In this document: piece after piece, positions 38,245 through 45,683 of the stretch | Numbering within the stretch: position 1 is the stretch's first letter | Layout of the letters: every line of letters starts with the position of its first letter | IMG/VR virus record: IMGVR_UViG_3300042479_000799 | Span: 18,197-82,196 of that record | From: a virus | Lineage: Duplodnaviria; Caudoviricetes | Reading direction: 5' to 3' (one strand) | Length of the DNA: 64,000 nucleotides | The notes under the pieces: generated by a model | Databases searched by the model: none | What the model was told of the DNA's origin: nothing | Seen by the model: only the letters and a program-made list of their open reading frames with translations | Made by a program: the position numbers and the translations under genes

Positions 38245-38757
38245 TTAAATGTCAAATACTTTTCCGTTCAAAAATCCATTTAAATTTAGCTTACCGTCAA
38301 AAATTCTAAGTTTAAGATTTGACTCTTCCATCATTGTTTTAGACACTTTAGATAAATCTTGCCAATCCGAATGTTTCATTTCTGGCCACAACGAATGAAT
38401 TACAATTTCATGTATACCACTCTGTATGATAGATTTCATACAATTATTGCATGGTAATCCGTTTGTATAAAGTGTTGAACCCAATGTAGATATACCAAAT
38501 CTTGCAGCAGTTAATATACTATTGTGTTCTGCATGAACTACATATTTATATTTTGTTTCTCTGTTATTATACCGTTCATCTGAATCTAATACTCCAATAG
38601 GAAATCCATTATAACCTGTACTGATGACACGATTGTCTTTAACAATTACAGCTCCTATTTTACTAGATGGATCTTTACTTTTTGTAGCCGTCAAATAAAC
38701 CATTCGCATGAATAGTTCATCAAAACAAGGAGCTTTATAATTTTCAAAAGTATCCAT
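38245..38757 (-). CDS. dCMP deaminase
   Basis: SKDPSSKIGAVIV, TGYNG, VHAEHN, PCNNC; start set at ATG 38757. Confidence 0.92.
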   Translation of the reverse strand: MDTFENYKAPCFDELFMRMVYLTATKSKDPSSKIGAVIVKDNRVISTGYNGFPIGVLDSDERYNNRETKYKYVVHAEHNSILTAARFGISTLGSTLYTNGLPCNNCMKSIIQSGIHEIVIHSLWPEMKHSDWQDLSKVSKTMMEESNLKLRIFDGKLNLNGFLNGKVFDI

Positions 38758-38759
38758 GT

Positions 38760-39332
38760 TTAATCCCATAATTGAAAATAATATTCTGCAAATAGTTGCA
38801 TTCCTCTTTTGCGACGTTCTTCTAACTCAGCTGATTTTTCAAAGTATTCTTTCCAAGCTTGTTTTTCTTCTGGTGTTTTTTCTCTATTGATATTATCAAT
38901 ATATTTATTCATATCAATAATGTCATCTTTTATTCTAGGAATTGGATTGAATCTTTCATCATCATTCATATATTCAAATGTCCAGATAATTTCATCCAAT
39001 ATTTCATTCCATCGTTCAGGTGTAATATCAGCTGGATGTGTATTAACATTTATTTTTTTAAAATGTTTCAGTCTGGGTAAAATAAACTTTGTAAGTGTAC
39101 TCTCTAAACTCCAACATTCAGCATCACTTACACCATAACGAATACGTTGGTATGTATTAATACACCACCGTCTTAATTCAACACACCTATAATATACACG
39201 CCAACCATATGGCACAGTGTCAAACAACCAATCAAAAAATCTATTGGTACGATACCACTTTTCTTCAGATTCAATTGGTGTTTTTTCTGATCTCTCCAAC
39301 CGCATGTTAATTTCTTTGATAGGAACATTCAT
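38760..39332 (-). CDS. Conserved-looking phage hypothetical protein
   Basis: WSLESTL..FILPRL..F...W..ILDEII...G..LF.EY...LWD. Confidence 0.6.
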   Translation of the reverse strand: MNVPIKEINMRLERSEKTPIESEEKWYRTNRFFDWLFDTVPYGWRVYYRCVELRRWCINTYQRIRYGVSDAECWSLESTLTKFILPRLKHFKKINVNTHPADITPERWNEILDEIIWTFEYMNDDERFNPIPRIKDDIIDMNKYIDNINREKTPEEKQAWKEYFEKSAELEERRKRGMQLFAEYYFQLWD

Positions 39333-39423
39333 ATATTTAAACTATACCACAAGACATTAAATTGTCAAATTAAAAGAACTATTAAAGATTACATATGATA
39401 TTTATATATGTGAACTAAAGCCT

Positions 39424-39630
39424 ATGAAAAAACAAAAATCCAAAATTGTTGACGGAATCTTTTATGGAATTGAAGTTACAATTGAAGATGAAAAGTTGAT
39501 TAAAATTCATAATAGAAATGGCACTAAATTCAAGGATATCAAACCTCAAATTGATAAAATCGCACAATACTTAATTGACGAAGGTTATGTAAAAGATTTA
39601 GTGCCAATGGTAAAAGTAATAATGTATTAA
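39424..39630 (+). CDS. Hypothetical protein
   Basis: Small ORF with TATTTATA upstream. Confidence 0.5.
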   Translation: MKKQKSKIVDGIFYGIEVTIEDEKLIKIHNRNGTKFKDIKPQIDKIAQYLIDEGYVKDLVPMVKVIMY

Positions 39631-40032
39631 TTATTTCTTACCATCTTCCCAATCACGAAACAACATATTTCCTAGGAGATATGCTTGTTTTTCCGCTTTT
39701 CTTAATTCTGTATCATTTTGTGCATACTTAGCATCACCAGCTTCATTTTTTCCAATACCATACATATTGTTTTCATGTTGATACAAATGAACACATTCAT
39801 GTGCAAATGATCTAAGTATATCTTTTGGATGACGATTAAGAATGTATAAAGTAATACTTTTATCGGATGGATTGTAATAAGCAGTTTTACCCAAGATATT
39901 ATTGGAATTTTCAATGTCTTTCTTAAGAACAATCTTGGGTGTGGTTTGTAAATTCAATTTATTCTTTATTACCGCAAATAATTCGGGTAACAATACCATA
40001 AATTCTTTCTTTGTATCAGCATCCATATACAT
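39631..40032 (-). CDS. Zincin-like (HExxH) metallopeptidase-domain protein
   Basis: LRSFAHECVHLYQ...AEKQAY. Confidence 0.65.
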   Translation of the reverse strand: MYMDADTKKEFMVLLPELFAVIKNKLNLQTTPKIVLKKDIENSNNILGKTAYYNPSDKSITLYILNRHPKDILRSFAHECVHLYQHENNMYGIGKNEAGDAKYAQNDTELRKAEKQAYLLGNMLFRDWEDGKK

Positions 40033-40044
40033 AAATATAAATAA

Positions 40045-40078
40045 AAAACCCCACAGACATTAAAATCTGTAGGGTTTT
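40045..40078. terminator. Terminator hairpin related to the 34.4/35.3 kb repeats
   Basis: AAAACCCCACAGA...TCTGTAGGGTTTT. Confidence 0.65.
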
Positions 40079-40098
40079 TACCGAACTATAATTGTAAA

Positions 40099-40413
40099 TT
40101 AGGCAATTGTGGCAGGATCACTGTCACTAGCAGATTCCAAACGAGTGGATTGGGCATTTACCAAATCAGCAGCAGCTTGAATTGCTTCTTCACTTGGATG
40201 TGGAGTATTCAAAACTGTTACTGCAGTATCAGTTGCGGTTGTCAAACGATTCAATGCTTCTTGTAGATTAGTTAGTGCTGACATAATATTATTATACCTT
40301 TCAATTTGATTTTTATTACTATCTAAAACAGCTTTCAATAAAATACGATCATAACACTCATTATTATCACCTTTACCAAAAACTGATTTAAAAAACTTGT
40401 TTATCATATTCAT
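40099..40413 (-). CDS. Hypothetical protein
   Basis: 104-aa ORF. Confidence 0.45.
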   Translation of the reverse strand: MNMINKFFKSVFGKGDNNECYDRILLKAVLDSNKNQIERYNNIMSALTNLQEALNRLTTATDTAVTVLNTPHPSEEAIQAAADLVNAQSTRLESASDSDPATIA

Positions 40414-40422
40414 ATATATCGG

Positions 40423-40662
40423 TTATCCTTTCAAAACTTTATTACATCCATGTGACAAATAAAGAATTTCATCCAAACTCTCTTTTACCCTAATTGGATG
40501 CGTTGAATTATTCTTGGTAAAAATTAAACAGTGAACTACAGATTGTTCTACATTAATTACCATATCCAAATTAATCAACTGTGGATTATATTTTCTATTA
40601 TTCTGGTTCTCAATATCATCATGACCAGGATCCAATACCGATAGTTTTACAAAGTGTGCCAT
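40423..40662 (-). CDS. Hypothetical protein
   Basis: INLDMVINVE...VKESLDEI; follows a promoter. Confidence 0.55.
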   Translation of the reverse strand: MAHFVKLSVLDPGHDDIENQNNRKYNPQLINLDMVINVEQSVVHCLIFTKNNSTHPIRVKESLDEILYLSHGCNKVLKG

Positions 40663-40743
40663 ATATATTTTTATTTCTAGATAAATACTAACACGATTTG
40701 AACTTTTGTCAATATTTATATTTAAATTAAAATTTTATAAATT

Positions 40744-41619
40744 ATGAGCGCAACAATTAATTGGAGAGTGGGTACAATGGAATGTTATCCCACATACGAA
40801 CAAAACATCGATGTAGTATTCACAGTTCATTGGGACTGTCTAGGATCAGAAACCGTAAGCGGAAGTACTTACAACGGAAGAGTATATGGAGCAACAGGCG
40901 TAACATACCATTCCGGTTCTACATTTACACCATACAACCAACTATCACAAGATGTTGTTCTTGGGTGGGTTTGGGATTCAATTGGCACAGATCAAAAATC
41001 TAACTATGAAAATAGTGTTCAAACCCAAATCAATAACCAAATCAATCCTCCTGTAGTAATTTTACCTCTACCTTGGACTCCTCCTTCAATCGTACAACAA
41101 CCACAAAATGTATCAGTATTGTCCGGTTCATCCATAACATTTACTGTAGTAGCAAGTGGTCCATCCGATCTATCTTATCAATGGTCTAAAGATAGTTCCA
41201 ATATCACCAACGCAGTAAGTTCCAGTTACACTATTGAAAGTGTACAAGATAGTGATGTTGGTTCTTATACAGTTATCGTTTCCGGAAACAACGGACAAAC
41301 AGTTAATAGTAACCCAGCAACATTAACTATTATGTCTCCACCAACACCACCAACTCCAACACCTCCAATAATCACAGAACAACCTTCTAGTCAAACAGTA
41401 GTTGTAGGTGATGGTGCTGCATTTAATGTAAATGCCACAGGTGAATCACCATTCGCTTATCAATGGTTTAAAGATAATACAGAAATTGTAGGCGCAACAG
41501 GTAATACCCACATCATCCAAACATCCACTCTAACTGACGCAGGCGATTATAAAGCAACAGTAACTAATATATCAGGTACTACAACAAGCGATACCGCAAC
41601 ACTCACTGTAAATGAATAA
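40744..41619 (+). CDS. Virion-type protein with two Ig (I-set-like) domains
   Basis: Phage N-domain (VFTVHW...FTPYNQL...VLGWV) then PSIVQQPQ..YQWSKD..DVGSYTV and PIITEQPS..YQWFKD..DAGDYKA. Confidence 0.8.
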   Translation: MSATINWRVGTMECYPTYEQNIDVVFTVHWDCLGSETVSGSTYNGRVYGATGVTYHSGSTFTPYNQLSQDVVLGWVWDSIGTDQKSNYENSVQTQINNQINPPVVILPLPWTPPSIVQQPQNVSVLSGSSITFTVVASGPSDLSYQWSKDSSNITNAVSSSYTIESVQDSDVGSYTVIVSGNNGQTVNSNPATLTIMSPPTPPTPTPPIITEQPSSQTVVVGDGAAFNVNATGESPFAYQWFKDNTEIVGATGNTHIIQTSTLTDAGDYKATVTNISGTTTSDTATLTVNE

Positions 41620-41641
41620 TCAATAGTTATATATAAACAAT

Positions 41642-41673
41642 AAAACCCCGTCAAATTAATGACGGGGTTTTTT
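41642..41673. terminator. Bidirectional terminator between convergent genes
   Basis: AAAACCCCGTC-AAATTAAT-GACGGGGTTTT. Confidence 0.8.
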
Positions 41674-41679
41674 ATTAAG

Positions 41680-42048
41680 TTAAGGTTGATGTTTCCGCAT
41701 CATCGTAATATACCGTCCATAATCCATATAGTCCGGAAAAAATCTGTCAAATATATAAAGTTTTCCTCCTGCTTTTGATTGCGTCACAAAAAATGTAACA
41801 TGAACAGAATTTGATAACTGAATACCATATAACTTTCCATATCTTGTATTAAACTTAAACTCAAATACACTACTTGTACCAGTAGCCATCCAATTTCTAA
41901 CTATATCTCTTAAATGAGATATTTCATTACTGTGCCTAGTCTTAGCCTTCTCCTTCTCATTACGATAAGTATCAGTGCTCGTTATACGATCACCACCACC
42001 CTGATTAGCACCCTTATAAGTAAGAGTTTGTTTGCTTTCCGTAATCAT
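41680..42048 (-). CDS. Leader-bearing hypothetical protein
   Basis: MITE|SKQ...; ATGA-coupled to the upstream ORF. Confidence 0.55.
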   Translation of the reverse strand: MITESKQTLTYKGANQGGGDRITSTDTYRNEKEKAKTRHSNEISHLRDIVRNWMATGTSSVFEFKFNTRYGKLYGIQLSNSVHVTFFVTQSKAGGKLYIFDRFFPDYMDYGRYITMMRKHQP

Positions 42049-42200
42049 GCTATTTGATTCAAAATTTCTTCGTCAGAAATATCCGATTCTTCATACTGAG
42101 TCAATATAGCTTCATTCAACTCTGAACTAAGCTTCTTATGAAATTCATCAAACTGCTTCTGTTCATTTATCTCTTCCATTATATCCTTTAACTTAATCAT
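42045..42200 (-). CDS. 51-aa acidic leader-type peptide (not in ORF track)
   Basis: Manually read MIKLKDIMEEINEQKQFDE...LNE...; TATTTATA 3 nt upstream. Confidence 0.6.
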   Translation of the reverse strand: MIKLKDIMEEINEQKQFDEFHKKLSSELNEAILTQYEESDISDEEILNQIA

Positions 42201-42246
42201 GATTATAAATAGTATACAAATTTATATATACTCTTTTTTTTAAAAA

Positions 42247-42322
42247 TGGTGGGTCAAACCGGACTTGAACCGATAACCAAAGAATTATGAGTTCTACGCT
42301 CTAACCATTGAGCTATTGACCC
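42247..42322 (-). tRNA. trnI: tRNA-Ile2 (CAT, lysidine type), probable
   Basis: Canonical cloverleaf, loop CTCATAA, encoded CCA; resembles ileX-type tRNAs more than Met. Confidence 0.8.
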
Positions 42323-42338
42323 GTACTATTACTAAAAC

Positions 42339-42413
42339 TGGAGCGATATCTCGGACTTACACCGGCCTTGTGGACTGGAAGGCCCACCGTGCTCCTCATG
42401 ACACTAATATCGC
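42339..42413 (-). tRNA. Non-canonical tRNA-Gly-like (TCC, 8-nt anticodon loop)
   Basis: GCGATAT/ATATCGC acceptor, U73, CCA; loop CCTTCCAG; T-loop TGTAAGT. Confidence 0.65.
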
Positions 42414-42421
42414 ATTAAAAC

Positions 42422-42494
42422 TGGAGCGAATCCGAACTTTGCATTTCGCCTTTTAGTCTGGTAGACTAACGTGCCCTCTTTACACTTGATTCGC
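42422..42494 (-). tRNA. Non-canonical tRNA-Gly-like (ACC)
   Basis: GCGAATC/GATTCGC acceptor, U73, CCA; loop CTACCAG; T-arm CGAA-ATGCAAAG-TTCG. Confidence 0.65.
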
Positions 42495-42510
42495 ATTAAT
42501 TTCAAAAAAA

Positions 42511-42586
42511 TGGTAGGCGTGAGTGGATTCGAACCACCGCTTTACAGATTTTAAGTCTGTTGACTCTTCCGCTGGTCTACACGCCC
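42511..42586 (-). tRNA. trnL: tRNA-Leu (TAA), short variable loop
   Basis: ACAGA-CTTAAAA-TCTGT, GTTCGAATC T-arm, CCA; 76 nt. Confidence 0.85.
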
Positions 42587-42627
42587 ATTTAAATTACTTA
42601 CAAAGAACTATTACTTACTACTTATTC

Positions 42628-42655
42628 ATCTTACCACATCTTACTCACTTGTCAA
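42628..42655 (-). promoter_or_regulatory. sigma70-like promoter in the tRNA cluster
   Basis: TTGACA-N16-TAAGAT with TGTGG extension, followed by boxA-like GTTCTTT. Confidence 0.7.
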
Positions 42656-42672
42656 ACAAGTTTTTCAAAAAA

Positions 42673-42756
42673 TGGTGGCTATGGAGGGACTTGAACCCCC
42701 ACGGTTTAACCCGGTTGATTTTGAGTCAACTACGTCTGCCATTCCGTCACATAGCC
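42673..42756 (-). tRNA. trnL: tRNA-Leu (CAA)
   Basis: GTTGA-CTCAAAA-TCAAC, long variable arm, CCA. Confidence 0.92.
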
Positions 42757-42766
42757 GTTTTTAAAA

Positions 42767-42858
42767 TGGTAGCCTCATGCAGAATCGAACTGCCCAGAAC
42801 GCCAATCGAGCGATTATAGAGATTATAAGTCTCCCCATGCACCTTACATCTTGAGGCC
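42767..42858 (-). tRNA. tRNA-Ile (TAT)-like with long variable region
   Basis: GGAGA-CTTATAA-TCTCT, 23-nt variable region, TTCGATT T-loop, CCA; 92 nt. Confidence 0.7.
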
Positions 42859-42864
42859 ACTAAA

Positions 42865-42942
42865 TGGTAGCGGATGTGGGAGTCGAACCCACTATCTCAC
42901 TGGTTATGAGCCAGGAATGATTTTCCGTTTCACTCACCCGCA
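42865..42942 (-). tRNA. trnM: tRNA-Met (CAT), initiator-like copy A
   Basis: T1:T72 mismatch, CTCATAA loop, TTCGACT T-loop, CCA. Confidence 0.8.
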
Positions 42943-42966
42943 AATTGTTTTGTTAAAGAACTAAAA

Positions 42967-43038
42967 TGGTTGGAACGGTGGGTGCTGCCCCCACTTAAAC
43001 TGGCTTATGAAACCTGTTTCTTTGCTGAAAGCGCTCCA
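42967..43038 (-). tRNA. Aberrant CAT tRNA-like gene
   Basis: TGGAGCG/CGTTCCA acceptor, CCA, TTCATAA loop, shrunken D region, T-loop GGCAGCA. Confidence 0.55.
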
Positions 43039-43044
43039 ATTAAA

Positions 43045-43123
43045 TGGTAGCGGGTACAGGAGTCGAACCTGTTATCACTAACGTTATGAGCGTTGTATGG
43101 TAATTCCGTGCCACTCACCCGCA
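43045..43123 (-). tRNA. trnM: tRNA-Met (CAT), initiator-like copy B
   Basis: TGCGGGT/ACCCGCT with T1:T72 mismatch; paralogue of 42865-42942. Confidence 0.8.
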
Positions 43124-43149
43124 AATTGTTTATAAAGAACCGTAAAAAT

Positions 43150-43312
43150 TGTGTTGGGTGTAATTATTGAATACTTTGTCCACCCAACAAACAAAGTATA
43201 CCACTTGCTAACCCCGCAACCAAGAAGTTTTTTAAGAGAACTTCCAACTCTAGGGGTGTTATGGTTTAACGCCCTCCACCAGACCGTTTCTTTTAAGCAA
43301 CGGACAAACAAA
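43150..43312 (-). ncRNA. Candidate structured ncRNA (four hairpins plus 3' H-type pseudoknot)
   Basis: Stems read directly from the sequence; lies between tRNA genes with no plausible ORF. Confidence 0.5.
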
Positions 43313-43313
43313 G

Positions 43314-43389
43314 TGGTAGAGCCATGGAGAATCGAACTCCAATCTATTCCGTGAAAGGGAATTATCCTAAACCGTTAGACGATGACTCC
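43314..43389 (-). tRNA. trnE: tRNA-Glu (TTC)
   Basis: ATTCC-CTTTCAC-GGAAT, canonical arms, CCA. Confidence 0.9.
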
Positions 43390-43396
43390 GTTAAAA

Positions 43397-43473
43397 TGGT
43401 GGCCCCGGTGGGACTCGAACCCACGACCAAAAGCTTAAAAGGCTTCTGCTCTAACCAACTGAGCTACAAGGCC
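43397..43473 (-). tRNA. trnK: tRNA-Lys (TTT)
   Basis: GAAGC-CTTTTAA-GCTTT, canonical arms, CCA. Confidence 0.95.
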
Positions 43474-43512
43474 ATTAAAATTTGTTAAAGAACTATTACT
43501 TACTACTCTTTT

Positions 43513-43540
43513 ATCTTACCACGATTTCTTTCAATGTCAA
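43513..43540 (-). promoter_or_regulatory. sigma70-like promoter for tRNA-Lys/Glu
   Basis: TTGACA-N16-TAAGAT with GTGG; boxA-like GTTCTTTAACA at 43483-43493. Confidence 0.7.
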
Positions 43541-43550
43541 CTTAAGTTTT

Positions 43551-43650
43551 CATTCTTTCGTTGGTGACCCCCTTTGGTTAAAGGCCAAGGCAGTTCCGCC
43601 ATACGTAGATGTTCTAGAGGAGTGCCACTCCCACCGTGCTGAAAGAACGA
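43551..43650 (-). ncRNA. Candidate GC-rich structured small RNA
   Basis: 44/80 G+C over 43561-43640; several hairpins; own promoter at 43669-43696. Confidence 0.45.
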
Positions 43651-43759
43651 AATACTTATTACTTCTTTATCTTACCGCAAATTTTCAAAGAATCAACTTC
43701 TTTTTTAGAGAAGTTTGAACATATAAATATATACAAATATATGAATACATTCAAAAAGA

Positions 43760-43815
43760 TGGTGTCCCCACCAGAAATCATTTCTGGATGTTATCCACAT
43801 TTTAGCTACGATAAC
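43760..43815 (-). pseudogene. Decayed tRNA-Arg duplicate lacking the anticodon arm
   Basis: 21-bp identity (43751-43771 vs 45599-45619); D-arm remnant TAGCTAAAATG..CATCC. Confidence 0.65.
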
Positions 43816-43832
43816 ATTGTTAAAAACTATTG

Positions 43833-45557
43833 TCAATGAGAATGTTTACAATTATCATCCGTACATTCTTCTTCGGGAATTTCCTTATCATACTCATCTG
43901 TCACATCATCCGTTGCTGAATCCCAATGTTCTTCAGCATGACAATTTGTACATAACACTTTACATTTGTCCAATTCTTTTTTTATTCTATCATGTAGTTC
44001 TTGACCAGGTTGCCATCCACTCCATTCTGGCCAGCTAAAAAATAATTTAAATTGTTTATCTTTTGAATTCGGGTTAATGTGATGAAAATCATAAATTGAA
44101 ATAATACTCTTTGTAGAACATTTTTCACATCTATCTATTTTTTTATAATCAAGACACGCTTGTTTTTTATCTCTACGACGTTGACTCTGTTTGTGTTTCA
44201 AATCTGAAGAAAAATGGACTTTTCTATGACAATTTTTACATAATAATTCACATTTGTCCAATTCATTCTTTAATTGTTCTAAAGGTTTTCTTCTAAGATT
44301 GAACCAATTTTTGTCTTTTTGAGTTCTATCAACATGGTGAAAATCTAATGCGCCATTGGATTTATTATATCCACAATGGATACATTTTCCTCCTTTATAG
44401 TCAACCGCTTGTTGTTTATTTTTATTATAAATATTCTTATTCATGATAACTGCTTTTTCATGACAATCTTTACATCTCAGTTTATAAGTTCCGTCTGGAT
44501 TTTGCATCGCTGATTTATTACCACACACTCTACAGAGTCCAAGGTTCTTTTTACGATTTTTCCAAAGTCCAGCATGACCTCTTGAGATATCATAATGTTT
44601 CTGACATAAAACATTATTTAGCAGTGCCTTTTCTGCACAATTAAAATATATACACTGTCCTCTTTCTTTACGATTGTTTGCAATCCAAACGGATCGTTCT
44701 TTTTTATTGTTAAAATGCATATTTTTATATATGTTATAATCATCATCTGACATATTCTTAGGACGTTTTATTTGCATTTTAACTCCACCGTGTTTTTCAC
44801 AAAAACGTTGTGGTTTTTGTGTGTATGGATTAGGTAGGGTTTTATCTCCACATGTGGTACATTGTCCTCTGTCTAGTCTATATTTATAGAACCATTTTTG
44901 GCGTTCTACTGGACTAGTAAATGATAATGTTTTATAAATTTCAAAATCTTCGGATGACATTCCGTTTGGTATCGTAGTTCTAGAACGTGTAAGTATACGT
45001 TTTTGTATTTCTGGATTTTGAATAACGTTGTCAATTATATTTTTTACTGTAATATATGAAGTTTTGAAAGTTTTTAGAATATCCAATATTGAAACTCCAG
45101 ATGTATATAAATCAATAATTTCTTTTTCTTGTTCCGGTGTTATTTTTTTTTTGTCTCGTATAGTTACACCGTTTCTAACTAAAATAGTAATGATAGTCCC
45201 TGCACTCACATTGAATTGTTTTGCAATCTGTGCGGCATTTAAAGGATTTTTTGTGTCTGTGTAAAGAGATACTATTTCTTTTTCTTGTTCCAGTGTTAAT
45301 TTTTTTTTGTCTCGTATAGTTACACCGTTTCTAACTAAAATATTACTGATAGTCCCTGCACTCACATTGAATTGTTTTGCAATCTGTGCGGCATTCAAAG
45401 GATTGTTTTTATCCGTGTAAAGAGATACTATTTCTTTTTCTTGTTCCGGTGTTCCAAAGCGAGCTATTTCATTCAAAGACAATTCTTCCTTCAATAATTG
45501 AATGTGATTTATTTCATCTGCCGCAAAAAAATCTTTATATTTTATACAATCACACAT
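43833..45557 (-). CDS. HTH-repeat, Zn-finger, tandem double-HNH endonuclease
   Basis: 3x TPEQEKEI...AQIAKQFNVS HTH; CxxC motifs; two DFHH...ELDKC.LLC.NCH..H domains. Confidence 0.85.
   Translation of the reverse strand: MCDCIKYKDFFAADEINHIQLLKEELSLNEIARFGTPEQEKEIVSLYTDKNNPLNAAQIAKQFNVSAGTISNILVRNGVTIRDKKKLTLEQEKEIVSLYTDTKNPLNAAQIAKQFNVSAGTIITILVRNGVTIRDKKKITPEQEKEIIDLYTSGVSILDILKTFKTSYITVKNIIDNVIQNPEIQKRILTRSRTTIPNGMSSEDFEIYKTLSFTSPVERQKWFYKYRLDRGQCTTCGDKTLPNPYTQKPQRFCEKHGGVKMQIKRPKNMSDDDYNIYKNMHFNNKKERSVWIANNRKERGQCIYFNCAEKALLNNVLCQKHYDISRGHAGLWKNRKKNLGLCRVCGNKSAMQNPDGTYKLRCKDCHEKAVIMNKNIYNKNKQQAVDYKGGKCIHCGYNKSNGALDFHHVDRTQKDKNWFNLRRKPLEQLKNELDKCELLCKNCHRKVHFSSDLKHKQSQRRRDKKQACLDYKKIDRCEKCSTKSIISIYDFHHINPNSKDKQFKLFFSWPEWSGWQPGQELHDRIKKELDKCKVLCTNCHAEEHWDSATDDVTDEYDKEIPEEECTDDNCKHSH
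45120..45452 (-). repeat. Intragenic tandem repeat, 156-nt (52-aa) period
   Basis: Near-identical TTCTTTTTCTTGTTCCRGTGTT blocks at about 45121, 45276 and 45432. Confidence 0.85.
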
Positions 45558-45607
45558 AGTTTATATGGTTATAAATATGTATGGTTTTATAAATACGCTC
45601 AAAAAGA

Positions 45608-45683
45608 TGGTGTCCCCACTAGGAATCGAACCTAGATCATCCGCTTAGAAGGCGGATGCTCTAACCATTTGAGCTATAGGGAC
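45608..45683 (-). tRNA. trnR: tRNA-Arg (TCT)
   Basis: TCCGC-CTTCTAA-GCGGA, canonical arms, CCA. Confidence 0.95.

Noticed and set aside
43260-43300. Hammerhead-like GAAAC...CTGGTGGAG in the candidate ncRNA
   Set aside because: The core does not match CUGAnGA and the three stems cannot be built.
43084-43311. 75-aa ORF and other short ORFs over the tRNA cluster (42523, 43151, 43482, 43636)
   Set aside because: They overlap tRNA or structured RNA genes, mostly use non-ATG starts and have atypical composition.
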